Positions 27,997 through 36,723 of a stretch of DNA of 50,418 nt are shown here, piece after piece (within the stretch, counting starts at the first letter, position 1; every line of letters begins with the position of its first letter). The notes below the pieces were generated by a model. The model was not told the origin of the DNA and did no database searches. It worked only from the letters and a program-made list of their open reading frames with translations. The stretch lies in sequence record SRR20825006_1155. One strand, written 5' to 3'. Position numbers and translations under genes: made by a program.

Positions 27997-28070
27997 GAAA
28001 TAAGTGTCAGGTGCCTTTTGTGCGAAGCACCCCATGGTCTTTCCGGCAAAAGGTACCTGACACTTATTTC
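27997..28070. repeat. 74-bp palindromic element (24-bp inverted repeats, 26-bp spacer); MITE/REP-like, possibly a terminator
   Basis: GAAATAAGTGTCAGGTGCCTTTTG (27997-28020) and CAAAAGGTACCTGACACTTATTTC (28047-28070) are complementary at 23 of 24 positions. Confidence 0.85.
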
Positions 28071-28080
28071 CCAACCGTTC

Positions 28081-29091
28081 TTAAGCCGCCTTGGCGAACG
28101 CGGGCGTTTGAAGTTGATCGATCCATTGGCACACGTGTTCGACACCGATCCGGTTGATGGCTTCCCGTCGTGGTGATCCACCGCGAGAATTGGCTTCGAT
28201 TGCCATCGCATGTTGCTGGTACGGACCGCGTGCGGAAGGCGATTCGGCTCCATTGTGTGGGCCATACAAACCAACAACGTTAGCGCCAGCAGCGACCGAA
28301 GCATGCAACATCGGCGTGTCCTCCGCGATCACCACTCGGACCAATGGACTGAGTGCTGCGGACAATGATAGCGTCATGTCGGGTGCCAGCGAAGCGGCGT
28401 CCCCGGCGCAGGCTACGATCTGCTCTGCCTTCAGGCGTTCCTCGAATGTTCGCCAAGTCACGATAGAGTGCATTTGAAACCGGTCCGCCAAATAGCGAGC
28501 CGTCGCTGCATAGCGATCAAACATCCATCCGACCGAAGACGAGACTCTTCCGGAGTCCATCATGGCCAGATCTTGCCCGGCCCAGCGGTGGCGGTATCGC
28601 ATCGCCCAACGGTGATCGGCGGATTCCACTGGCCAGTCAAAGCTGGCTTGCGGACGATCGATCGCGAGCGGTGCCAGCAGTTCCAACCGACGATCGACCA
28701 CGTGGTGAAACACCGGTGTCACTAATTCATTGAGTAGACGGCGTCTTGGTGCAAATCGCGGCATCGTGTCCCAGCCAATCCGGCGTGCAGCGGCCGACAA
28801 CTGACACACAAGTGCGGACACAAACGACTCGTCGCAATCGATGGCCACGTCAAAATCTTTGGCATTCAACTTTTGTTTGACGCTGCGAATGCCTCGTGGT
28901 GACCGATTCCAGCGGGTCGGCAGTTCAACGACTTCATCGATAGCAGAATGCTGCTCCAAGAAGTCCGCTTTTTCGACGCCGACCGCAATCGTGACATGCG
29001 AATTCGGGAAATACTCTTTCAGCGAACAAGCGACCGGCAGCGTCAAAATGCAGTCGGACAGATCACCCGTTTGGCTGAGCAGAATCCGCAT
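28081..29091 (-). CDS. Glycosyltransferase family 9 (heptosyltransferase-like), divergent
   Basis: MRILL...DCILTLP, FDVAID, HVVDR.L.LL.PL and DT.MLH...A.G..VVGLYGP motifs. Start uncertain (29091-29151). Confidence 0.85.
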   Translation of the reverse strand: MRILLSQTGDLSDCILTLPVACSLKEYFPNSHVTIAVGVEKADFLEQHSAIDEVVELPTRWNRSPRGIRSVKQKLNAKDFDVAIDCDESFVSALVCQLSAAARRIGWDTMPRFAPRRRLLNELVTPVFHHVVDRRLELLAPLAIDRPQASFDWPVESADHRWAMRYRHRWAGQDLAMMDSGRVSSSVGWMFDRYAATARYLADRFQMHSIVTWRTFEERLKAEQIVACAGDAASLAPDMTLSLSAALSPLVRVVIAEDTPMLHASVAAGANVVGLYGPHNGAESPSARGPYQQHAMAIEANSRGGSPRREAINRIGVEHVCQWIDQLQTPAFAKAA

Positions 29092-29172
29092 GGGAGAAGA
29101 TGACTCAAGAGACATAATCAAAATCAGTTGGAAAGCAGAATTCGTGATCAACGCGTTCGACGCGAAACGCCA

Positions 29173-31494
29173 CTATCGACTGGAAATGGAACGGAACGCA
29201 CGAATGCGAGCCCGCGGGGCCAACCCCCGAGTGTCCACCGGTTGATCGAGCACGTAACTGCCGACATTGCCGGCTTGGTCCGTGGCATCGATCCGCAAAT
29301 AGATCTGACGTGGCAATTGAGGGTCCGCGGGCCAAACGTAGTCGCCCAGGTTTCGCAGACCTGCGGCGATGGTTGTCCAAGGACCTTCAGGTGTATCACT
29401 AAAGGAAAGCGTGATTGGACGCGACATCAAATATTGATCTTGGCACCGATACGCGATCACCAACGACCCGGCGCGGTCGGCCTCTCCGTAGCGAGCACCG
29501 GTGATGCTGACCTCGGGTCCGGTCTGGTCGACCACCACCACGATATCGGGTGCATCACCGCTCAGCGGTCGCGGGCTGGTCAAACCGTTCGCTGCAACGA
29601 CCACGATCTGAAATCCAAAAATCCCTTCGCCGTTGGTTTCGATATCAAAAGGACTGGCTTTGTCGGGGTCAGTTCCCCAACGATTCCAAGTGATGCCGCC
29701 GTCTGTGGTTCCGTAAAGCTCGATTGCTTCCACGCCACGACCACCAATCGCCTCGATTTCAAAATCCAAGCTGAATCGATTGCTGTCGCTGTGACGGATT
29801 ACGGAGCGTTCCGCCAATCGCTTCAAGTCCAGTGTTTCACGCGGATCCAGTGTTGTGCGTTCCATCGTTGCGGAACTGGCCCTTTGCGACTCGTATCGCA
29901 TCTCGGTTGGAGTTTCCGCTGAGCGCCCACTTGGTTGATTTCCCGCTGAACCACCGAGCGACAGCGAGTCGCGACTTTTGCGATCTCCGGTGATAGGCGA
30001 CCAAGGCGACTGCACAGGTTCTTTGGAATTCTGAATCTTGTCGACCGGCGAAGTCGGCTCGGGAGCATTCAGTTGCGACGGCGCGTTGGTGTTCAAACCT
30101 GCCGGTGCAGGAATGGACTCAGGCAGGGACGGCCCTACATGAAACGGCGTCTCGGGTTCCGCCGACGATGAACCACCTGGTGTTCCCAGCGTTCGCGACT
30201 GTGCCTGTGGCGTTTGCAAGCCTGGCGGCTGAGCTTGAGAACTGGGGACCTGAGGACTGGTCACCTGAGGACGGGGCAACTGAGAGCTGGGTAATTGTGG
30301 CGTCCCGGTGGCCGGCGAAGGCCCCTGCGTCTGCGGTGCGGGTGCATCGAGCGGTCGCATCGCTTCGGCGGGAGTCTGCGGACGCGACGGTGCGGGCAAC
30401 GATTCCGCTTCCGGCGTTGCAATATTTTCAATGCTTCGCCCCGCTCCCATTGCCGACTGGTGTGGCTGCTGCCCGGCTGCATTTTCAACGACAGGTCCAA
30501 CGGGCTCGGACATCATCCCGGATGGCAATGGCAACATTTCGGGACCTTGCGACGCTGCCTCGCTGCTTCCAGCGGGCGTCTGGCCCGGCAAATCACCAAA
30601 CCCCTGAAAAATTCCTTGCCCAAACGAGGGACCGTATCCATTGGGTCCCGATGCAAATCGCGTGGTGGGCTTGGATGCGACCCGCGGTTTTTGAACCAGC
30701 TCACTGACGATGGTTTCGTTGCCAGCCTGATCGAGAGCACGCAGACGCAACGACAATTGTTTCCAATCGTCCTTCGGATGCAGTTGCAACCTTCCGGTAT
30801 TTCCTTCTCGTTCGACCGTGGCGACTTCCCATCGACGAGTCGTATCGGTGACGTAGTGAACGGTCAGCTGGCGAGTTTCTGTTGCATCACGAATTGTGAA
30901 CTTCGCAACAACGCGGCCATCGGCGTCGGAATCCGCTTCCAGGTCGATTTGGGGTCCTTGCGTATCAACCACGACTTTCAACTCAGGAACGATTGGTCCC
31001 GGTGGAAACGGCCGACCATTGGCGTCCACCGTACGGGTGGCGAACCAGAACGTCCCTTCGCCGGATTCACGAATGTGAAACTGCCGAGCGTCCGGCGGCT
31101 GCCGATCCAACAACTTCCACTGTCCGGGGGCAATTGCCACCGATGTCCGGGCACCGGCTTGGGTGTATGGGTTCTGCTGAGGCAATGGCCCCGATTGCGT
31201 CGCCGGGACGTTCTCGCGAGATGTTTCCGTCTGATCGGCTGGATTGGGTTGGTTTGCGGGAACCGCCACGTACAATTGCACCTCGACGGGCGCTGTTCCT
31301 GCTGTCGCAATGTTGAACGGAATCTGGAACGAGTCCGAATTCATGATCACATCGGCAACTTCTTGTGCCGAGGTGGCACGCGAATCCGCGACCGTGCCAC
31401 CGGCCAATCCTGCCGTCACCATTGCCGCAACCAATGCCCGCCGAAACGCGGTGGAGCGACGAATCAAACGACTTTGGTGCTGGTCAAATCGCAT
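29173..31494 (-). CDS. Large secreted hypothetical protein with two homologous beta-rich domains and a Pro/Gln/Ser-rich linker
   Basis: Signal-like RRALVAAMVTAGLAG. Internal repeat SDSFQIPF...GEGTFWF...VVVDTQGP versus SNRFSLDF...GEGIFGF...VVVDQTGP. Start placed at MRFDQ so that it does not overlap mnmG. Confidence 0.8.
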   Translation of the reverse strand: MRFDQHQSRLIRRSTAFRRALVAAMVTAGLAGGTVADSRATSAQEVADVIMNSDSFQIPFNIATAGTAPVEVQLYVAVPANQPNPADQTETSRENVPATQSGPLPQQNPYTQAGARTSVAIAPGQWKLLDRQPPDARQFHIRESGEGTFWFATRTVDANGRPFPPGPIVPELKVVVDTQGPQIDLEADSDADGRVVAKFTIRDATETRQLTVHYVTDTTRRWEVATVEREGNTGRLQLHPKDDWKQLSLRLRALDQAGNETIVSELVQKPRVASKPTTRFASGPNGYGPSFGQGIFQGFGDLPGQTPAGSSEAASQGPEMLPLPSGMMSEPVGPVVENAAGQQPHQSAMGAGRSIENIATPEAESLPAPSRPQTPAEAMRPLDAPAPQTQGPSPATGTPQLPSSQLPRPQVTSPQVPSSQAQPPGLQTPQAQSRTLGTPGGSSSAEPETPFHVGPSLPESIPAPAGLNTNAPSQLNAPEPTSPVDKIQNSKEPVQSPWSPITGDRKSRDSLSLGGSAGNQPSGRSAETPTEMRYESQRASSATMERTTLDPRETLDLKRLAERSVIRHSDSNRFSLDFEIEAIGGRGVEAIELYGTTDGGITWNRWGTDPDKASPFDIETNGEGIFGFQIVVVAANGLTSPRPLSGDAPDIVVVVDQTGPEVSITGARYGEADRAGSLVIAYRCQDQYLMSRPITLSFSDTPEGPWTTIAAGLRNLGDYVWPADPQLPRQIYLRIDATDQAGNVGSYVLDQPVDTRGLAPRARIRAFRSISSR
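30241..30300. repeat. Four degenerate 15-bp tandem repeats inside the Pro-rich linker
   Basis: actggggacctgagg / actggtcacctgagg / acggggcaactgaga / gctgggtaattgtgg, encoding PQLPS-SQLPR-PQVTS-PQVPS on the minus strand. Confidence 0.7.
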
Positions 31495-31608
31495 GGTTTG
31501 GTCAAAATTTGGGTTGGCGTGAATTCGTTTGGCGTCAACTCGAGCGTCACCGCGCATTGACAATCCGTGTTTCGAACATCGGCGTTTCCCGACTGTGGAC
31601 TTCAACCA

Positions 31609-33570
31609 TTGACCGCTAACAATCCTCAAAATCGCTACGACTACGATGTCGTCGTTATCGGAGCCGGTCACGCGGGAACAGAAGCCGCCGCCGCTGCAGC
31701 GCGTCTGGGTGCGAAAACCGCACTGCTAACAACCAACCTGGATACGGTCGGACAAATGTCCTGCAACCCAGCGATTGGCGGCGTGGCGAAAGGTCAAATC
31801 GTTCGCGAAGTCGACGCATTGGGCGGCCTGATGGGCGAAGCGATCGACGCAACAGGGATCCAGTTTCGGATGCTCAACCGCCGCAAAGGACCGGCGATGC
31901 ACAGCCCGCGTGCTCAGGCGGACAAAAAGGCCTATCAAAACTTCATCAAATATCGGATTGAAACCCAAGACAATTTGGACCTCCGGCAAGAAACCGTCGA
32001 GGACCTGATCACCGAACCGATCGCCGGTGGACAAGACCGATTGGCAAACCAACGGGTGATTGGTGTTCGAGTTCGCGGAGATGCGGTTTACCACGCGCCG
32101 ACCGTGATTCTGACGACCGGGACGTTCTTGCAAGCGATCATGCACACGGGCAAATCGCAATCCGCGGGAGGACGAGCGGGAGAAGGAACCACGGCCGGAC
32201 TCAGCGGCGCGCTGAAACGCATGGGTTTCACGCTGGATCGATTCAAGACCGGAACGCCGCCACGACTCAACGCTCGAACAATCGATTACTCGGGATTGGA
32301 AGAGCAACCCGGTGACGATGACCCGCAACCATTCAGCTATCTCAACGACGCGATCAGCTCACCACAGATGGCTTGTCACATCGCTCACACTAACCAACGT
32401 GTGCATGACTTGATCCGAGCGAACTTGGACCGGGCTCCGATGTACAGCGGCCAAATCGATTCTCGCGGCCCGCGATACTGTCCATCGATCGAAGACAAAG
32501 TGGTCCGCTTCGCTGACAAATCCAGCCACCAGCTGTTCTTGGAACCGGAAGGCCGACAAACTTGTGAAGTCTACGTCAACGGGATCTCAACCAGCCTGCC
32601 CCGAGACGTTCAAGACGCGATGTTCCGCTGCATTCCAGGTTTGGAAAAGGCCGCGATCATGCGCTACGGCTATGCGGTTGAGTACGACTACTGCCCGCCG
32701 ACTCAGTTGTGGCCACACCTCGAATCCAAATCCGTCTCGGGGCTGTTCTTTGCCGGCCAAATCAACGGCACCACCGGATACGAAGAAGCGGCTGGACAAG
32801 GTTTGATCGCTGGCCTGAACGCAGCGAGAACGGCTGCGTCCCAAACACCGTGGGTACCCTCTCGGCAAGACGCTTACATAGGCGTGCTCGTCGACGACTT
32901 GGTGACCAGCGGCACTGACGAACCCTACCGAATGTTCACCAGCCGAGCCGAGTATCGGTTGCTGCTGCGACAGGACAACGCCGATCGTCGGTTGACCTCT
33001 CAAGCCGATGAACTGGGCCTGATCGACGCCGCTCGACGCGAACGTTTCCACCAGAAGCTAGCCGAGATCGAACGCGGGACCGAGCTACTGAAGCAAGCCA
33101 AATTCCAACCGGAAACGGGTCCCACCGTTCGCGGCGACGTCTACCTGCGACGGCCGGAGGTGACTTGGGACGTAATCGCTGAACAAGTCCCTGAGCTAGC
33201 AAGCATTGGACGTGAAGCAGCCGAACAGTGTTCGATCGACATTAAATACGCGGGCTACATCGACCGGCAACAAGCCGAAGTTCACAAGCAATCGCGACAC
33301 GCTGAAAAGTCGATCCCGGTTTCGTTTGACTACGACAAGATCGGGCCGCTTCGCAATGAAGCAAAAGAAAAGCTGACAAAGGTTCGCCCGCTGAACTTGG
33401 GCCAAGCCAAACGAATCAGCGGAATCACTCCTGCGGACTTGGCGTTGGTTCTCGCCCACATCGAAAACAACTCGCTCTCTCAAACCAAATCGTCCGAGCC
33501 GGATGACAATCGTGCGTCGTCCGACAACGAACCCTCTCGACCAACCTCCTCTGCTTCGGATTCCCTTTGA
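31609..33570 (+). CDS. mnmG: tRNA uridine-5-carboxymethylaminomethyl modification enzyme MnmG (GidA)
   Basis: [54 protein letters not shown] and [12 protein letters not shown] motifs. Start TTG 31609 or GTG 31567. Confidence 0.97.
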   Translation: MTANNPQNRYDYDVVVIGAGHAGTEAAAAAARLGAKTALLTTNLDTVGQMSCNPAIGGVAKGQIVREVDALGGLMGEAIDATGIQFRMLNRRKGPAMHSPRAQADKKAYQNFIKYRIETQDNLDLRQETVEDLITEPIAGGQDRLANQRVIGVRVRGDAVYHAPTVILTTGTFLQAIMHTGKSQSAGGRAGEGTTAGLSGALKRMGFTLDRFKTGTPPRLNARTIDYSGLEEQPGDDDPQPFSYLNDAISSPQMACHIAHTNQRVHDLIRANLDRAPMYSGQIDSRGPRYCPSIEDKVVRFADKSSHQLFLEPEGRQTCEVYVNGISTSLPRDVQDAMFRCIPGLEKAAIMRYGYAVEYDYCPPTQLWPHLESKSVSGLFFAGQINGTTGYEEAAGQGLIAGLNAARTAASQTPWVPSRQDAYIGVLVDDLVTSGTDEPYRMFTSRAEYRLLLRQDNADRRLTSQADELGLIDAARRERFHQKLAEIERGTELLKQAKFQPETGPTVRGDVYLRRPEVTWDVIAEQVPELASIGREAAEQCSIDIKYAGYIDRQQAEVHKQSRHAEKSIPVSFDYDKIGPLRNEAKEKLTKVRPLNLGQAKRISGITPADLALVLAHIENNSLSQTKSSEPDDNRASSDNEPSRPTSSASDSL

Positions 33571-34655
33571 CCGCCGATCCAAACACGCAAAGCTCCAACC
33601 AACAAAGTTCCTTTGCAATGATGTGCTGCGCCCACGGCGCCGAGACTTTGGTCAAAGAACAAATTGCCAGCGAAGGATGGCGGCTCGCATTTTCGCGTCC
33701 CGGTTTTGTCACCGCCAAACATGATCAAAACAAACGGCCGCCGACCGGAGTTTTCATTCGAACCGCCGCCCGTTCACTGGGATCGGCCAAGAGTGATCAC
33801 TCGTCAGCGATGATTCAGAAACTGCAGCAAGCCATCTCATCTGAAACGGTGCCGTTTGATCAGCTGCATGTATGGCCTCGAGACCGCACCGCAATCGGGC
33901 GTTTCGATTTCGAACCCGGCATCGACGAAGTTTCCGCCGCGGTTGCGGATGAAATCTGGGCAGCTCTTCACGATGGCTCAGCTTCCAACGGCCCTGGGCT
34001 GACTTGTGCGCGACCCAATCAAATCGCTGAAAACGGCCAACGGATTTTGGACGTGGTCTTGGTTGATCCGTCGCAGTGGTTCTTTGGAACTCATGAGGCG
34101 ACGACACTGCCAACACGCTGGCCCGGCGGAGTCCAACCGATCGAACCCGCGTACGAACCCATTTCTCGGGCGTACTTCAAAGCCGCCGAATCGATCGCAT
34201 GGAGTGGCTTTGACATGCGGCCAGGCGATTTGGCCGTCGAAGTCGGCAGTGCCCCCGGCGGAGCCTGCGGCCGCCTTTTGGAATTGGGCATGCAAGTCAT
34301 TGGTGTGGATCCAGCCGACATGGATCCTCGAATCGCTGACCATCCGCGATTCATTCACTACCCCGCCCGCGCCGGTGACCTGCCCCGCCGAGTCTTTCGC
34401 GGAGCCAAGTGGTTGCTGGTCGATTCAACGGTGAAGCCCGATGCAACGCTCAGCACAGTCCGAAACATGGTGGACAGTCGCGAAACGAGTTTTCGCGGTT
34501 TGCTGATCACGATGAAATTGGGCGAATACGAAAACGCGACTCACCTAGAACGCTGGTGCAACTTCATTCGAACCTGGGGCGTCGAGCGTTTGGAAGTCCG
34601 TCAATTGGCCCGCAACCGGTGCGAAGTCTGTGCGGCCGTCACGCTGCCGGCCTGA
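33567..34655 (+). CDS. RlmM/FtsJ-like SAM-dependent RNA 2'-O-methyltransferase
   Basis: [29 protein letters not shown] and ITMKL motifs. Start overlaps the mnmG stop (TTGA). Confidence 0.8.
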   Translation: MTADPNTQSSNQQSSFAMMCCAHGAETLVKEQIASEGWRLAFSRPGFVTAKHDQNKRPPTGVFIRTAARSLGSAKSDHSSAMIQKLQQAISSETVPFDQLHVWPRDRTAIGRFDFEPGIDEVSAAVADEIWAALHDGSASNGPGLTCARPNQIAENGQRILDVVLVDPSQWFFGTHEATTLPTRWPGGVQPIEPAYEPISRAYFKAAESIAWSGFDMRPGDLAVEVGSAPGGACGRLLELGMQVIGVDPADMDPRIADHPRFIHYPARAGDLPRRVFRGAKWLLVDSTVKPDATLSTVRNMVDSRETSFRGLLITMKLGEYENATHLERWCNFIRTWGVERLEVRQLARNRCEVCAAVTLPA

Positions 34656-34699
34656 TCAAACGGTTTCACCTCGGCGTTCCGCAGTGGACACTTTCGCGA

Positions 34700-35101
34700 T
34701 CAACGGATCTCGTCGTAAATGACCTGTTCGCCCAGCCAAACCCGGAAACGCCGGATTGCCAAAGTTCGAGAGAACTCAATTTCTCCATGAACGGTCTGGC
34801 TAGACTCTGCGGCGGAATACAAATCGCCGGCCGGGGTCAGTTCTTCAGGCAATTCGAACTCGAACCGAGAGTGAATGCGAAGCCAGCTGATTCTGAACCA
34901 ACAGGGCACCGCATTGATCGTGATGACCTGCTTGAACCACCACCCGTTGTATACAAACGTTCCCTGAAACGGCTTTTCGAACTGGATATCGCGGTATAGA
35001 AACGAGCGTCGGTGAAGTGTCGCGCACTCTGAAAACACGCCTTTTTCGAGCGAGCTTTGCGCAGAAACGCTGTAAGGGTTGAGCTGAGCCAATTCACGCA
35101 T
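34700..35101 (-). CDS. Hypothetical protein
   Basis: Fills the gap between genes. Aromatic-rich, beta-strand-like sequence that does not look like a shadow ORF. Confidence 0.6.
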   Translation of the reverse strand: MRELAQLNPYSVSAQSSLEKGVFSECATLHRRSFLYRDIQFEKPFQGTFVYNGWWFKQVITINAVPCWFRISWLRIHSRFEFELPEELTPAGDLYSAAESSQTVHGEIEFSRTLAIRRFRVWLGEQVIYDEIR

Positions 35102-35317
35102 CTTTCATACAACGAATCTTGTCCTTGCCCCTCATCCTGCCTACACTTCGTTCGCACAACTTACCCAATCTCCCACATTTTCGATTTTCTCGGTGATTTT
35201 GCCGTGACTTCCGGGGGGATTCGGACAAAACTGTTGTTCGTCTGAGCGCGGATTCCATTTCGAGTCAGACTAGAATTGAATTTTAGGCAATTGAGACACC
35301 CTAACCAGAGACACACC

Positions 35318-36559
35318 ATGAAACGCTTTGCTGCCTTTGCCGGCATGCTTGCGATGACGATGACCATCGCCGTCGCTCAAGACTCGAACGTCAAACTGAA
35401 TGATCACCTGACGGTTCCTCAATGGGTCAACCCAGCCGTTGCCGGCGAACTGACCGGTCGTCTGATCCTTCCTTCGACAGACGGATCCTCCGAAACGATC
35501 GCGGACGCGACCATTGTTTTGACCGACGCATCGGGCAAGACCTTGCGTTCGAAGAGCAATGAAGAAGGCGACTTCACTTTCACCGGTGTTGCACCTGGCG
35601 TTTACGCTCTTTCCGCTCGTGCAGACGGTGCCTTCGCATGCTGTGCGATGCACGTTGTCAGCAACGACATGGCTTCTTCGGAAATGTACCCTAAGACGGC
35701 CGAAATCGCTGCCGCTGGCATCGACTACTCGATCATCAAATCGTCGATCATTCGCTACTTGCCACCAGCTGGCAAAGACAGCCTGACTTCGATCGCAAAC
35801 GCTGACCTGAAGGGAATTTCGAGCCAAGTTGTTGGCGAGAACCTCTTCCGCGTTGCACAATCCAACGGTGGCATGAAGGGCCGCATCCACATGGCTGGTG
35901 CCGAAGGCCGCAGCCTCACCGACGCCGGACTCTTGAACATCTTCCTGATCCACGATGGCGAAACAGTTGACCGAGTTGTCAGCAATCGCGACGGATCGTT
36001 CGAATTCGCTGATGTCGCTCCCGGCGAATACTCGATCTTGGCAATCGGCCTGTCGGGATTGGGAATGGCTGGATTCGAATTGGTTGACGAAGCAACTGCC
36101 AACGCAGAAACCGCTTTGCTCAACAACAACGGTGAAACCTTTGTCGGCTTCGGACACAACAACGACGCTTGCTGCTGCTGTTGCCCACAATTCTCAATGC
36201 AAGTTGCTCCATTGCCAATGGCAATCGAAGCTTGCAACGAAGTTGTGATTGGCGAATCAATCGTTGTTGAAGAAACCATTGTCGAAGACGGCATGATCGT
36301 TGACGACGGCTTCGGAACCGCTGTGGATGCCTTCGGCAACCCCGTCGACGCATTCGGTAACCCAATCGGTGGCGGCGGATTCGCTGGTGGTGGCGGAAGC
36401 TACGGCGGTGGATTTGGTGGCGGCGGAGGCGGTGGCTTCGGCGGCGGACTTGGCGGAATCGCTTCGCTCGCTGGCTTGGGCATCATCGCAGCATCGCTGG
36501 ATGACGACGACAACGACAACGTCTTCCCACCACAACCTGCCAGCCCAATCGTTCCCTGA
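35318..36559 (+). CDS. Secreted protein with two carboxypeptidase-regulatory-like (prealbumin-fold) domains and a Gly-rich C-terminal tail
   Basis: Signal peptide MKRFAAFAGML...AVA. Repeated pattern SNEEGDFTFTGVAPGVYAL / SNRDGSFEFADVAPGEYSI. Confidence 0.85.
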   Translation: MKRFAAFAGMLAMTMTIAVAQDSNVKLNDHLTVPQWVNPAVAGELTGRLILPSTDGSSETIADATIVLTDASGKTLRSKSNEEGDFTFTGVAPGVYALSARADGAFACCAMHVVSNDMASSEMYPKTAEIAAAGIDYSIIKSSIIRYLPPAGKDSLTSIANADLKGISSQVVGENLFRVAQSNGGMKGRIHMAGAEGRSLTDAGLLNIFLIHDGETVDRVVSNRDGSFEFADVAPGEYSILAIGLSGLGMAGFELVDEATANAETALLNNNGETFVGFGHNNDACCCCCPQFSMQVAPLPMAIEACNEVVIGESIVVEETIVEDGMIVDDGFGTAVDAFGNPVDAFGNPIGGGGFAGGGGSYGGGFGGGGGGGFGGGLGGIASLAGLGIIAASLDDDDNDNVFPPQPASPIVP

Positions 36560-36586
36560 TCGAATTCGTTCGATTCGGACTCACTC

Positions 36587-36626
36587 AAAAAAGGTCGCGG
36601 GACCGTCTCAACCCGCGGCCTTTTTT
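36587..36626. terminator. Bidirectional-type intrinsic terminator
   Basis: AAAAAAGGTCGCGGG-loop-CCCGCGGCCTTTTTT, 27 bp after the stop codon. Confidence 0.85.
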
Positions 36627-36723
36627 CGTGCGCCGATCGTCGACGGCTTCCCTTTCTGGCATAATGCTGGAAACTCTGACCTTCCCTTCCCCTCCTCTCG
36701 CCCCATTCCCACCTGAGGACCCT

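Noticed and set aside
30295-31560. 421-aa plus-strand ORF
   Set aside because: Arg-rich antisense shadow of the secreted Pro-rich protein.
36368-36458. GGC/GGT-rich low-complexity DNA as a possible G-quadruplex or microsatellite
   Set aside because: Fully explained by the poly-Gly coding sequence.
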